Below are positions 53,225 through 61,272 of a stretch of 64,000 nucleotides of DNA, piece after piece. Below the pieces are notes generated by a model. It saw only the letters and a list, made by a program, of their open reading frames with translations, did not search any database and was not told where the DNA came from. The stretch is from Actinomycetota bacterium (lineage in GTDB: Bacteria; Actinomycetota; Thermoleophilia; Gaiellales; F1-60-MAGs149): assembly GCA_009885805.1 (NCBI GenBank), contig VFJZ01000005.1:74999-138998 (forward strand), read 5' to 3'. Made by a program: the position numbers and the translations under genes. Numbering within the stretch: position 1 is the first letter of the stretch; every line of letters starts with the position of its first letter.

Positions 53225-53758
53225 ATGAAGATCCTTTCCAAGCGCAATGCCGTGGTCGTCGCGGTTGTCGTTGTCGGTTCCATCGCCGCGTTCGGGTCGG
53301 CACTCGCCTCGTCCGAGGACGAGGACGTCAAGGTCGATGCGTCGTGGGCGGTCGAGGCGGTGGCCACGCAGCGCGCAGCGGAAGAAAACCTGCCGCCGTC
53401 GCCGCCGGCCGCTGCGACGGCGGTGGGCGCGGAACTCGCGGCTCTCGAGGCGGCGAACGGGCACGCCGCGCCACCGCTTCTCCCGCCCACCGTTGACGAG
53501 AACGGCCTCGAGGTGAAAATCGGGAGCGCGCAGGAACCGCCGCGATTCGTTCCTGGCGGTGCGGTGCGTATCTACCCGGATACGCCCGAAGGTCTCAAGT
53601 ACGGCCTGACCGGAGCGCTTGAGGACCAGACGACGCTGCTCTGCAGGTATCCGAACGGCAACCTCGGGGGCATGGAGATCCTGCGGCGGGCAGGCGCGAC
53701 GGGTGACCCGTTCCCACCGCAGAACCCCAATGCCCGGAGTTGGGAGCGGCCATGCTGA
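53225..53758 (+). CDS. Secreted/membrane-anchored hypothetical protein (islet cargo)
   Basis: 'MKILSKRNAVVVAVVVVGSIAAFGSALASSEDED...' looks like a signal peptide or anchor. A Pro/Ala-rich linker follows, then a ~90-aa domain with no family I recognise. Confidence 0.65.
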   Translation: MKILSKRNAVVVAVVVVGSIAAFGSALASSEDEDVKVDASWAVEAVATQRAAEENLPPSPPAAATAVGAELAALEAANGHAAPPLLPPTVDENGLEVKIGSAQEPPRFVPGGAVRIYPDTPEGLKYGLTGALEDQTTLLCRYPNGNLGGMEILRRAGATGDPFPPQNPNARSWERPC

Positions 53759-54307
53759 GCTGCCGGCCTCGCCTCACGCTCTGCATGTTCGCACTGCTCG
53801 GACTATCACTATCGGCGCCTACGGCGTCGGCCATACACCCCGGGCCCGGTCACCTTGCAACCTTGGGGCTGGCTGTTCCGCGGGTCTACTTTGTCGACAC
53901 GACAGGCCCGAACTGGCCGGTCACGGCGGCGGCGCAGAAATGGAACGAATCGACTGCCGTCGGCGCCTATCGCGTGTCTGCCTGCCCGTCGACGTCCTAC
54001 TACTGCCTGCCCACCGTAGCCGTAAACCTGGGGACCTCTCCATGCGATGGCTCGATCGACGGCGTGTTCTTGTTCAACGTGTCGTCGGCGGGCCACTGGA
54101 TGCGTGACAGCCGGTTCAGACATCGTGTTCTGTAACGACACGCCGTCGGATCGCCGCCTGTCGACCGCGTGCCACGAGGAAGGCCACCCTCTCGGGCTAG
54201 GCCACAGAGGAAACGTCCTTGGCACCTGCATGAGGACTGGAACTATCTACCCGCAGTACCCGGACGCTCACGACTACGCACAGCTGGTGTCCGTCTACAA
54301 CCACTGA
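53752..54307 (+). pseudogene. Secreted metzincin-type zinc metalloprotease, split by one frameshift
   Basis: The ATG at 53752 (ATGCTGA overlap with the upstream stop) gives the signal peptide 'MLSCRPRLTLCMFALLGLSLSAPTASA', and this frame ends at 54135. A second frame (54047..54307) carries 'IVFCNDTPSDRRLSTACHEEGHPLGLGHRGNVLGTCM', that is HExxHxxGxxH plus a Met-turn-like 'CM'. The frame switch lies somewhere around 54070-54110. Confidence 0.7.
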
Positions 54308-54371
54308 TCGTCCCCGTCGGTGGCGCGAACTCCCCCGGTGGGGGTTCGCGCCATCGACTGGGCGCTGCCTG

Positions 54372-54466
54372 GATCAGCGGTAGACGTAGACGGTCTCGCC
54401 GACCGGGGACTGGCGGTACAGCCAGTCCGCCGCCCACATCGGAATCCGCGCGCAGCCGTGGCTGGC
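54372..54466 (-). repeat. Direct repeat copy 2: functional 3' end of the L,D-transpeptidase gene
   Basis: See 53070..53164. It encodes '...HGCARIPMWAADWLYRQSPVGETVYVYR*'. Confidence 0.85.
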
Positions 54467-55534
54467 CGGGTAGGCGGGCACCGGCGCGAAGCCGTGGATG
54501 GCGAAGCTGTTCCCCTTGAACGTCAGCGTCCGGTAGAGGATCGCCGGCCCGAGCCACGTGCGGGTGCTCGGCGCCTTCCAGCGGATGCGGTGGCGGCCCT
54601 CGGGCGTGTTCCCCGTCGCGCCGGTCGAGGTCGGGATGACGTGCCGGACACGACCGTTCCTGACGACGAGCAGGACCTGCCGGGTCTTGTCGATCTCGAT
54701 GTGGAGACCGTGGCCCCGGAAGCGCGGCCGGATCCGTCGCGCGGTCTGCAGCTTGCGCCAGTCGTCCGCGTCGATCACGTAGGTGCGGGGCAGGCGGTAG
54801 GCCTTCTGGAAGGCGACGACCGCATCGGTCGCGTCGCGGGAAAGGATCGAGGCGATGCCCGGCGTGTGGAACCCGAGTTCCTCGAGTCGGCGCAGCAGGG
54901 CCCGCACGTCGGCGCCGCGCGAGCCGGCCGCGAGCCGGCGGCCAGCGGCGCGGAAGGAGCGGTGGACGGTGCGTGCGGCGAGCCCGTCGGACGCCGGCAC
55001 CTCGACCTCGGCTCGGAAGCGCTCGACGCCGGGGGCGGAGAGCCGTACCCGCGCCCGCCCGTCCCGGATCTGCACTCGCCGCGCCGCGAGACGGTTCGAG
55101 CCGCGCAACGTCCGCGCGATCACCTCGCCGGTCCAGGTCGAGGGCTGGATCTGGATGTGCAGCGTCGCGCCGAGGTACGCGTTCGCCTTCGTGATGCGCG
55201 TGATCACCCGCGGCACGACCACCAGTGCGGCCGGCGTGCTGACGGCGCCGTCCGCCAGTCGCGCCGTGACGGCGCCGCCGCGGCTCGCCTGGAACGTCGC
55301 GGCAAACGCCCCGGCCACATCGGTCATGGTCGTTCCGACGTCCGTCCCGTCAATCGCGATCGTCAGCGTGAGGCCGGCGACGGCTGGCTGGACCGCACCC
55401 GAGAGGTCGACGGGGCCGTGCCACTCGACCTCGGGCGCGGGCAGCGAGATCGAGATGGTCTCCCCGGCCGCGGAGGCGGCGGCCGGGAGTCCGAGCGTGA
55501 GGAGCAGGGCGATCAGGGTCCGTTGCACGGTCAC
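54374..55534 (-). CDS. L,D-transpeptidase (YkuD domain) with a peptidoglycan-binding domain
   Basis: GTG at 55534 or 55528. The signal peptide is 'QRTLIALLLTLGLPAAASAAG'. The PG-binding-like segment is 'GSRGADVRALLRRLEELGF...AVVAFQKAY', and the catalytic 'SHGCARIP' is present. The upstream part of track ORF 54374..56320 is shadow over the next gene. Confidence 0.85.
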   Translation of the reverse strand: MTVQRTLIALLLTLGLPAAASAAGETISISLPAPEVEWHGPVDLSGAVQPAVAGLTLTIAIDGTDVGTTMTDVAGAFAATFQASRGGAVTARLADGAVSTPAALVVVPRVITRITKANAYLGATLHIQIQPSTWTGEVIARTLRGSNRLAARRVQIRDGRARVRLSAPGVERFRAEVEVPASDGLAARTVHRSFRAAGRRLAAGSRGADVRALLRRLEELGFHTPGIASILSRDATDAVVAFQKAYRLPRTYVIDADDWRKLQTARRIRPRFRGHGLHIEIDKTRQVLLVVRNGRVRHVIPTSTGATGNTPEGRHRIRWKAPSTRTWLGPAILYRTLTFKGNSFAIHGFAPVPAYPASHGCARIPMWAADWLYRQSPVGETVYVYR

Positions 55535-55594
55535 CAGATCGGCGAGAGGGGCCCTGGGGTTGAGCACGAGTGATCGGCGTGCTACACCGGCGGT

Positions 55595-56494
55595 ATGGAA
55601 CGCCCCATCGGCCTGATCGGCCTCGGCATGCTTGGCACCATTTTCGCCGGCCACCTCACACGCGACGGTCGCCGTGTGCTCGCCTACGACCAGGATCCAC
55701 AGCGGTCGCATCCGGACGTCGAGCGCGTCGCCGACGTCGCGGCGGTGGCGCGGTCGTGCAACGTGATCGTGCTCTCGCTCCCCGATCCGCCCGCGGTCGA
55801 TGCGGTGATGGCGGCGATCCTGGGCGCGGCCGGGCCGGGAATCGTTGTCGTCGACACGAGCACGATCGACCCGCCGACGGCACGTCGCTCGCACGCGGCG
55901 GCGGCCGCGGCGGGTATCGGCTACGTCGAGGCGCCGATCTCCGGCGGTGAACCGCTCGAGGGCGGTACCGACGGTGCCCGCGCCGCCTCGGTGACGTTCA
56001 TGGTCGGCGGCGAGGCCCACGATCTCGCGCTGGCCGAACCGGTCCTGCGTCTCCTCGGTCGCCACATCTTCCACCTCGGTCCGGCCGGCGCCGGCGCCGA
56101 GGTGAAGCTGATCTCCAACATGTGTTCGGGCGCATACGCGCTCGTGACCGCCGAGGCGTTCGCGGCTGGCGCCGCGCTCGGCATCGCCCCCGAACGGCTG
56201 GTCGAGGTCTTCCGGCACACCGACGCGAAGAGCTACTTCATGACCGACTACCTGCTCCCACGGCTCGTCGGCGACCGCTACGACGACGGCTTCGCCGTCC
56301 GGCTCCAGCTCAAGGACCACCGGTTGTTCGGAGCGATGGCCGACGAGCTCGGTCTGGCAACACCGGTCAACGATCTCGCGACGGCCGCGTACACCGAGGC
56401 GCTCGCGGCCGACGGCGACCGTGACGTCACCAGCGTCGTGGAGCGCGCGATCAGCCGGGCGCGGCCGTCGGCGGATCGAGATCGGCCGGCGTGA
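55595..56494 (+). CDS. NAD(P)-dependent 3-hydroxyisobutyrate/6-phosphogluconate dehydrogenase-like oxidoreductase
   Basis: 'IGLIGLGMLGTIFAGHL...DTSTIDP...EAPISGG...GAGAEVKLISN'. Confidence 0.85.
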   Translation: MERPIGLIGLGMLGTIFAGHLTRDGRRVLAYDQDPQRSHPDVERVADVAAVARSCNVIVLSLPDPPAVDAVMAAILGAAGPGIVVVDTSTIDPPTARRSHAAAAAAGIGYVEAPISGGEPLEGGTDGARAASVTFMVGGEAHDLALAEPVLRLLGRHIFHLGPAGAGAEVKLISNMCSGAYALVTAEAFAAGAALGIAPERLVEVFRHTDAKSYFMTDYLLPRLVGDRYDDGFAVRLQLKDHRLFGAMADELGLATPVNDLATAAYTEALAADGDRDVTSVVERAISRARPSADRDRPA

Positions 56495-57170
56495 CCTCGG
56501 TCGTCACGGAGCGGGCGAGGACGGAGACACCGGGGACGGTCAGCTCCGTGATGAACCCCGAGCGCGAGACGCAGAGCCGCGACCCGGAGGTAGCGAGGCA
56601 CGAGACGGCGATCTCGCCGGCCTGCAGATCGGGGCCGACACCGACATCGGCCGTCTTCGCCGCCACGGGCGCGAAGCTGGCGACGACGAAATCGTTGCCG
56701 ACCAGCCGGGCGATCGCGTCGGCGATGCGCGACGCGCCGCCGTCGGGGTCGCCGTCGACGCATTCGGGCGCCTGACCGACGGGCGCGGTGCAGGTGTACG
56801 TGACGACGCGCCCGTTGAGATCGAGCCCGACCCACGTGTCGCCCTCGGCAAGCGACTGGTGGAGGCGCGCGCGGAGATCGTCACTGCCGATCTCGACGGT
56901 GTACGTCGCGGGCGGCTCGGCATCGCTGCCGGCGAGCGCGACGTCGTACGCAACGATCCCGGCGGGTCGTTGGGCGGCGAGCGCGAGCACGCCGGCGCCG
57001 GTCGTTGCCGGGAAGGCGACCTCCTCGCGCGCCTCCACCTCGCCCGCCGTCGCAGCAGCCGTCGGCGCGGCCGGCTCCGGGGCGGTGACAGCCGGCGCCG
57101 TCGCGCTGCCGCCGCCACAGCCGGCTGCGACGAGCAACGGCAGCGCAAGCAGGATCGCGGCGGCGCGCAC
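56451..57170 (-). CDS. Lipoprotein of unknown function
   Basis: 'MRAAAILLALPLLVAAGCGGG' has a lipobox (VAAGC). 239 aa. No family recognised. Confidence 0.65.
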   Translation of the reverse strand: MRAAAILLALPLLVAAGCGGGSATAPAVTAPEPAAPTAAATAGEVEAREEVAFPATTGAGVLALAAQRPAGIVAYDVALAGSDAEPPATYTVEIGSDDLRARLHQSLAEGDTWVGLDLNGRVVTYTCTAPVGQAPECVDGDPDGGASRIADAIARLVGNDFVVASFAPVAAKTADVGVGPDLQAGEIAVSCLATSGSRLCVSRSGFITELTVPGVSVLARSVTTEVTPADLDPPTAAPG

Positions 57171-57204
57171 GGCGGCATCCTACCGGGCTGTAGTCTTCGA
57201 ATCG

Positions 57205-58017
57205 TTGAGCGCCACCGTCCCCGACCTCGTCGCCGACCTCGCTGCGCTGCGGAGCCGCCCTGAGCTCGGGTCGACGATGTGGCGCCACCCGGCGCTCGTG
57301 CTGCGGGTGCTGCAGCCGGCCGTCGCATTCGCGCTGCGCGCGGCAGAGGGTCGCCGACGGGCCCTCGACGTCGGCGCCGGGTACGGCAGCGTCGCCCTGG
57401 AGCTGGCGCGCGCCGGCCACGAGGTCACGGCGATCGACGCCAACGCCCACGTCTGCACCGTCGCGCGGGCGACCCTGGCGAGCGTCGAGGCAACGGTGAT
57501 CGAGGCGGCGTTCGGCGACGACGGGCTCGCCGACGGGACGTTCGACGCGATCCGCTTCGGCCGCTCCCTGCACCACCTCGACGTCGATGCCGCCGCCGAA
57601 CGCGCGGCGCTGCTGCTCGCACCCGGCGGAGTCGTGATCGTCGACGAGTTCTGCGGGGAGCGGATCGACCGGGCGACGGCGACCTGGCTCGCGACGATCG
57701 GATCGTCCCTGGCGGCAGCCGGCGCGATCGACGCCTCCGCGATCGGCGACGCCGACCAGATCCTCGACGTCTGGGTCGGCAAGCGCGCCGGCCACGGCCT
57801 CGCAACCGGCGAGCAGATGTGGCGCGCACTCGAGGCGCGCTTCGTCCTCGACGAGCCGTTCTGGTACCCCTACCTCTGGAAAGAGGCGGCGAAGCACGTC
57901 GCCGACCCGTCGCTCGCCTCGCTGGTCGCGAAGCAGGTCGAGGCGGCCGAGGCGGCGCTGATCGCGGCCGGCACGATCCCCGGCGTCGCGTTCCGCGCCC
58001 GCGGCGTCGTGCGCTGA
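57205..58017 (+). CDS. Class I SAM-dependent methyltransferase; start uncertain
   Basis: 'ALDVGAGYGSVALELARAGHEVTAIDAN' (motif I) and 'LLAPGGVVIVDEF'. The start is the TTG at 57205 or the ATG at 57277. Confidence 0.75.
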   Translation: MSATVPDLVADLAALRSRPELGSTMWRHPALVLRVLQPAVAFALRAAEGRRRALDVGAGYGSVALELARAGHEVTAIDANAHVCTVARATLASVEATVIEAAFGDDGLADGTFDAIRFGRSLHHLDVDAAAERAALLLAPGGVVIVDEFCGERIDRATATWLATIGSSLAAAGAIDASAIGDADQILDVWVGKRAGHGLATGEQMWRALEARFVLDEPFWYPYLWKEAAKHVADPSLASLVAKQVEAAEAALIAAGTIPGVAFRARGVVR

Positions 58018-58023
58018 GCCGCT

Positions 58024-58911
58024 TCAGGCGCGGCCGAGACGACCGGGGTGCGCGCCGTAGGCGGCGATGAGCTCGGACGGGCCGGCGACCGTGCCCTCCG
58101 CAACGAGCCCGACCGACGCGGCGAGGGCGCCGACGACCGCCGCCGGCGTCGCACCGGCGTCGCGCAGGGAGGCGATCGTCTCCGCTCCGTGCCGCTTCGC
58201 GAGGCGCTCGCCGTCGAGGGCATAGAGAAGCGGCACGTGCGCGTACTGCGGCGGCGGCAGAGCGAGGAGACGGTGCAGCACGATCTGGCGGGGCGTCGAC
58301 GGCAACAGGTCGTCGCCGCGGAGGACGTGCGTCACGCCGGCCGCGCCGTCATCGACGACCACGGCGAGCTGATAGGCGTGCAGGCCGTCCGCCCGGCGCA
58401 CCACGAAGTCGCCGAGCGCCGCGACGTCGAGCTCGGTCGACCCGAGGACGAGGTCCTCGAACGCGACCGTCTCCGGCTCGACGCGGAGCCGAAGCGCCGG
58501 GCGGCGTCCGGCCGCCAGCCGCGCGGCCCACGCGGCGGCGGAGAGGTCCCGGCACGTCCCCGGGTACACCGGCTCGGGACCGTGCGGCGCCGAGGCGGCC
58601 CGCACCTCGGCGCGCGTGCAGAAGCACGGGTAGAGGCGCCCACCGGCGTCGAGGCGTCGGATCGCCTCGTCGTAGATCGCGCCCCGCTCGGACTGCCGCT
58701 GCTGCTCGCGATCCCAGTCGAGGCCCAGCCACTCGAGATCGACGCGGAGGGCGCTCTCGAACTCGGGCCGGCACCGATCGCGGTCGAGATCCTCGATCCG
58801 CAGGACGATCTCGCCGCCGACGGCGCGCGCCTGCAACCAGGCGAGGAGCGCGGTGCGCGCGTTGCCGCGGTGCATCCGTCCGGAGGGCGAGGGGGCGTAG
58901 CGTGCGAGCAT
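58024..58911 (-). CDS. gluQ: Glutamyl-Q tRNA(Asp) synthetase
   Basis: 295 aa, a truncated GluRS-like protein: 'RYAPSPSGRMHRGNARTALLAWL', 'LRIEDLD', Zn-site Cys 'YPCFCTR...YPGTCR', and 'VVVDDGAAGVTHVLRGDDLL'. No anticodon-binding domain. Confidence 0.85.
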   Translation of the reverse strand: MLARYAPSPSGRMHRGNARTALLAWLQARAVGGEIVLRIEDLDRDRCRPEFESALRVDLEWLGLDWDREQQRQSERGAIYDEAIRRLDAGGRLYPCFCTRAEVRAASAPHGPEPVYPGTCRDLSAAAWAARLAAGRRPALRLRVEPETVAFEDLVLGSTELDVAALGDFVVRRADGLHAYQLAVVVDDGAAGVTHVLRGDDLLPSTPRQIVLHRLLALPPPQYAHVPLLYALDGERLAKRHGAETIASLRDAGATPAAVVGALAASVGLVAEGTVAGPSELIAAYGAHPGRLGRA

Positions 58912-58920
58912 ACCGGCGGC

Positions 58921-59250
58921 ATGGTGTCGGACAGCCGCCCCGTCTACTCCACCGAGGGTGGCGATCTCCGCAAGACCGCCGGCGAACGGCGGCTGCCGGA
59001 GCGCGAGCCGCCGGGTGACGGGATCGTCCGCATCTTCCGGGAGAAGAGCCAGCGCGGCGGCAAGGTCGTGACGGTGATCCGCGGACTGCCGCGGTCAGAC
59101 CTCCGTGACGTCGCCTCCGACCTCAAGCGCCGCTGCGGCTCGGGTGGCGCCGTCAAGGACGACACGGTCGAGATCCAGGGCGACCACCGCGAGAAGATCG
59201 CGGCCCATCTCGCGTCGCTCGGCCATCGGGTCAAGCTCGCGGGCGGGTAG
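58921..59250 (+). CDS. yciH: Translation initiation factor SUI1/eIF1 family (YciH)
   Basis: 109 aa from the ATG at 58921: 'VRIFREKSQRGGKVVTVIRGL...LKRRCGSGGAVKDDTVEIQGDHREKIAAHL'. Confidence 0.85.
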   Translation: MVSDSRPVYSTEGGDLRKTAGERRLPEREPPGDGIVRIFREKSQRGGKVVTVIRGLPRSDLRDVASDLKRRCGSGGAVKDDTVEIQGDHREKIAAHLASLGHRVKLAGG

Positions 59251-60109
59251 CGGCACCACCCGGCGTTTCAGCGACGAACGTCGTCTCGCTGTACGGTTGG
59301 TAGCCGAGCGTCTCGTTCAGGTGGCGGATCGGCGCGTTCCGCAGCTCGTTCGAGGTGACGAGGAGCCGGAAGCCCGCATCGCGGGCGGCGGCGATCTGCG
59401 CCAGCTTCAGCGCTCGCGCGATGCCGCGCCCGCGGGCGGCGCGGGCGACGCCGGTCATGCCGTGGTCGCAGCGGTCGCCGGGTCCGGCGTGGAGGATCGC
59501 GTAGCCGACGACGACGTCTGCCTCCCTGGCGATGAACGTCAGCTCCGGCCGCCGCGCCGGGCGGCCGAGGTTGAGCGCGAACCACTCGTCGAACGTGCCC
59601 GGCCCGCGCGGCTCGTCGGCCGGGATGTCGAGGTCGGCCTCGAGCGCGACGCCGTACATCGCTCGCTCGAGGCCGGGGGCGTCAGCGCGGCGGACGATCG
59701 TCACGCCCGGCGGCGCCTCGGCCGGCGCCGGTCTGGCCGTGGCGAGGTCGAGCGCCACGTCCGCCTCGTGACCGACGACGACGAAGCTGCGCGCGAGCGC
59801 GAACGCGAGCCCCTCCTCCGACCGCGTCTCACCGACGAGCCGGGCGCCTGCGGCATGACGGCGGAGATCGTCGAGGAGGGCCGCTGCGAGGCCACGGCGG
59901 CGTGCGTCGGGATGGACGTGGATCGCCGCCTCGAACTCATCCGGGCCGGACGGCGCGGCGAACGCCCAGGCGACGATCCGCTCGTCCTCGTATCGGAGAA
60001 GATCGATACGACCAGCGGTCGTGCGCGCGAGGTGCAGAACGTCGTCGATGTCCCAGTCGTACAGGGGGTCGGTCAGCCGCGCGAGCGCGACGGCCGCCTC
60101 GAGGGTCAC
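59231..60109 (-). CDS. GNAT family acetyltransferase (two-domain)
   Basis: 292 aa: 'IHVHPDARRRGLAAALL' and 'TGVARAARGRGIARALK' (two acetyl-CoA-binding motifs). Confidence 0.75.
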   Translation of the reverse strand: MTLEAAVALARLTDPLYDWDIDDVLHLARTTAGRIDLLRYEDERIVAWAFAAPSGPDEFEAAIHVHPDARRRGLAAALLDDLRRHAAGARLVGETRSEEGLAFALARSFVVVGHEADVALDLATARPAPAEAPPGVTIVRRADAPGLERAMYGVALEADLDIPADEPRGPGTFDEWFALNLGRPARRPELTFIAREADVVVGYAILHAGPGDRCDHGMTGVARAARGRGIARALKLAQIAAARDAGFRLLVTSNELRNAPIRHLNETLGYQPYSETTFVAETPGGAATRPRA

Positions 60110-60933
60110 GCGATCCGTTCAAGCAGGGCCTGAAGCACCGTCGGCGCGGCACCGCACTGGCCGAGGCAGATCCCGAACTCCTCCCCGGCCGGGCCGTGGT
60201 AGTCGGAGCCGCCGGTGGCGAGGAGTCGGTGTCGCGCGGCGATCGACGCGAACAGCTCGAGCTCGGTCGCGCGGAGACCGATGCGAACGACCTCGACGGC
60301 GTCGAGGCCGACGGCAGCGAGTTCGGCGACGAGCCGGTCGAGGACGTCGGGCTCCAGCAGGAGCGTCGCCGGGTGGGCGAGCGTCGCGGCGCCGCCGCAG
60401 GTCTTGACGAGGCGGACAGCCTCGATCGGGTCGAGAGCGCCGGCCGGGACATGGGCCGGCTGGCCGTCGCCGATCAGCCGGTCGAAGGCGTCAGTGACAT
60501 CGCTCGCGTGCCCGGCCTCGACGAGGGCAGCCGCGATGTGCGGCCGCCCGATCCGTCCGCTCGCGTACGCCGCGACGGCCTCGGGGTCGAGCGGCGCGCC
60601 CAGCACGGCGAGGCGGGCGAGGATCATGGCGTTGCGCCGCTCGCGAGCCGTCGCGATCTCGTCCATCCGGGCGACGAGCGGCGCCGGCGCCGACGTCGCG
60701 AAGTGGCCGAGCAGGTGGAACGTCCCGCGGTCGGTGCGGACCGAGAGCTCGATCCCGGGAACGAGGCGAATTCCGGCCGTGGCGGCCGCGACGAGCGCCT
60801 CGTCGCAGCCGGCGAGCGTGTCGTGATCGGTCAGCGCGAGCACCGTGACGTCCGCCGCCGCGGCACGCGCGACGAGCGCTGCGGGCGCAAGTGCACCGTC
60901 CGACGCGGTCGAGTGCGCGTGGAGCTCGATCAC
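60106..60933 (-). CDS. PHP-domain metal-dependent phosphoesterase (TrpH/YciV-like)
   Basis: From the GTG at 60933: 'IELHAHSTASDGAL...LALTDHDTLAG...GIELSV...ATGGSDYHG'. The stop overlaps the GNAT start. Confidence 0.8.
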   Translation of the reverse strand: MIELHAHSTASDGALAPAALVARAAAADVTVLALTDHDTLAGCDEALVAAATAGIRLVPGIELSVRTDRGTFHLLGHFATSAPAPLVARMDEIATARERRNAMILARLAVLGAPLDPEAVAAYASGRIGRPHIAAALVEAGHASDVTDAFDRLIGDGQPAHVPAGALDPIEAVRLVKTCGGAATLAHPATLLLEPDVLDRLVAELAAVGLDAVEVVRIGLRATELELFASIAARHRLLATGGSDYHGPAGEEFGICLGQCGAAPTVLQALLERIA

Positions 60934-60972
60934 GCTGACACCGTATCGGCGGGCCCGGCGTACGATGCCGCC

Positions 60973-61272
60973 GTGGCCGACCTCCAGACCGGCACGCTCC
61001 TCCGGCTTCCCGCCGGCGCACGCGGCCCCTTCCACGTCTTCGTGAACGGCGCCGAGCAGCGCGAGGGCAGCGACTACGCCATCGACGGTGACGGTCTACG
61101 GTTTGCCGTCCCGCTGCGGTTCGCCGGGCGCGAGGGGCTGTGGAAGAAGCTCGTGATGTCGACGGCCGGGATCGGCTTCTACGGACGCGGCGATGCGATC
61201 GACGTGCACTACACGGCTGCCGACGGCGCGACGGCGGTCGGTACCGGCCTGCAGGTCGAGCCGCGGTCATGA
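60973..61272 (+). CDS. Small hypothetical protein, translationally coupled to nudC
   Basis: About 99 aa from the GTG at 60973. Its stop overlaps the nudC ATG (ATGA at 61269..61272). No family recognised. Confidence 0.45.
   Translation: MADLQTGTLLRLPAGARGPFHVFVNGAEQREGSDYAIDGDGLRFAVPLRFAGREGLWKKLVMSTAGIGFYGRGDAIDVHYTAADGATAVGTGLQVEPRS

Larger units (their letters stand above)
53165..54371 (+). mobile_element. Lower-GC cargo islet downstream of ldt (secreted protein + metzincin); no recombinase
   Basis: Bounded by the two copies of the ldt 3' end. It starts with an AT-rich stretch that is very atypical for this window ('gttgttgatgtgatactctttacatgaactactgaaatg') and uses more A/T-ending codons than its neighbours. 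Confidence 0.5.

Noticed and set aside
53207-53758. ATG at 53207 (MGGGSTMKIL...) as the start of the islet secreted protein
   Set aside because: The internal ATG at 53225 is preceded by GGAG at the right spacing and gives a canonical signal peptide (MKILSKRN plus a hydrophobic core). The upstream ATG merely reads through the G10 tract. It is kept only as an alternative in the phase-variation hypothesis.
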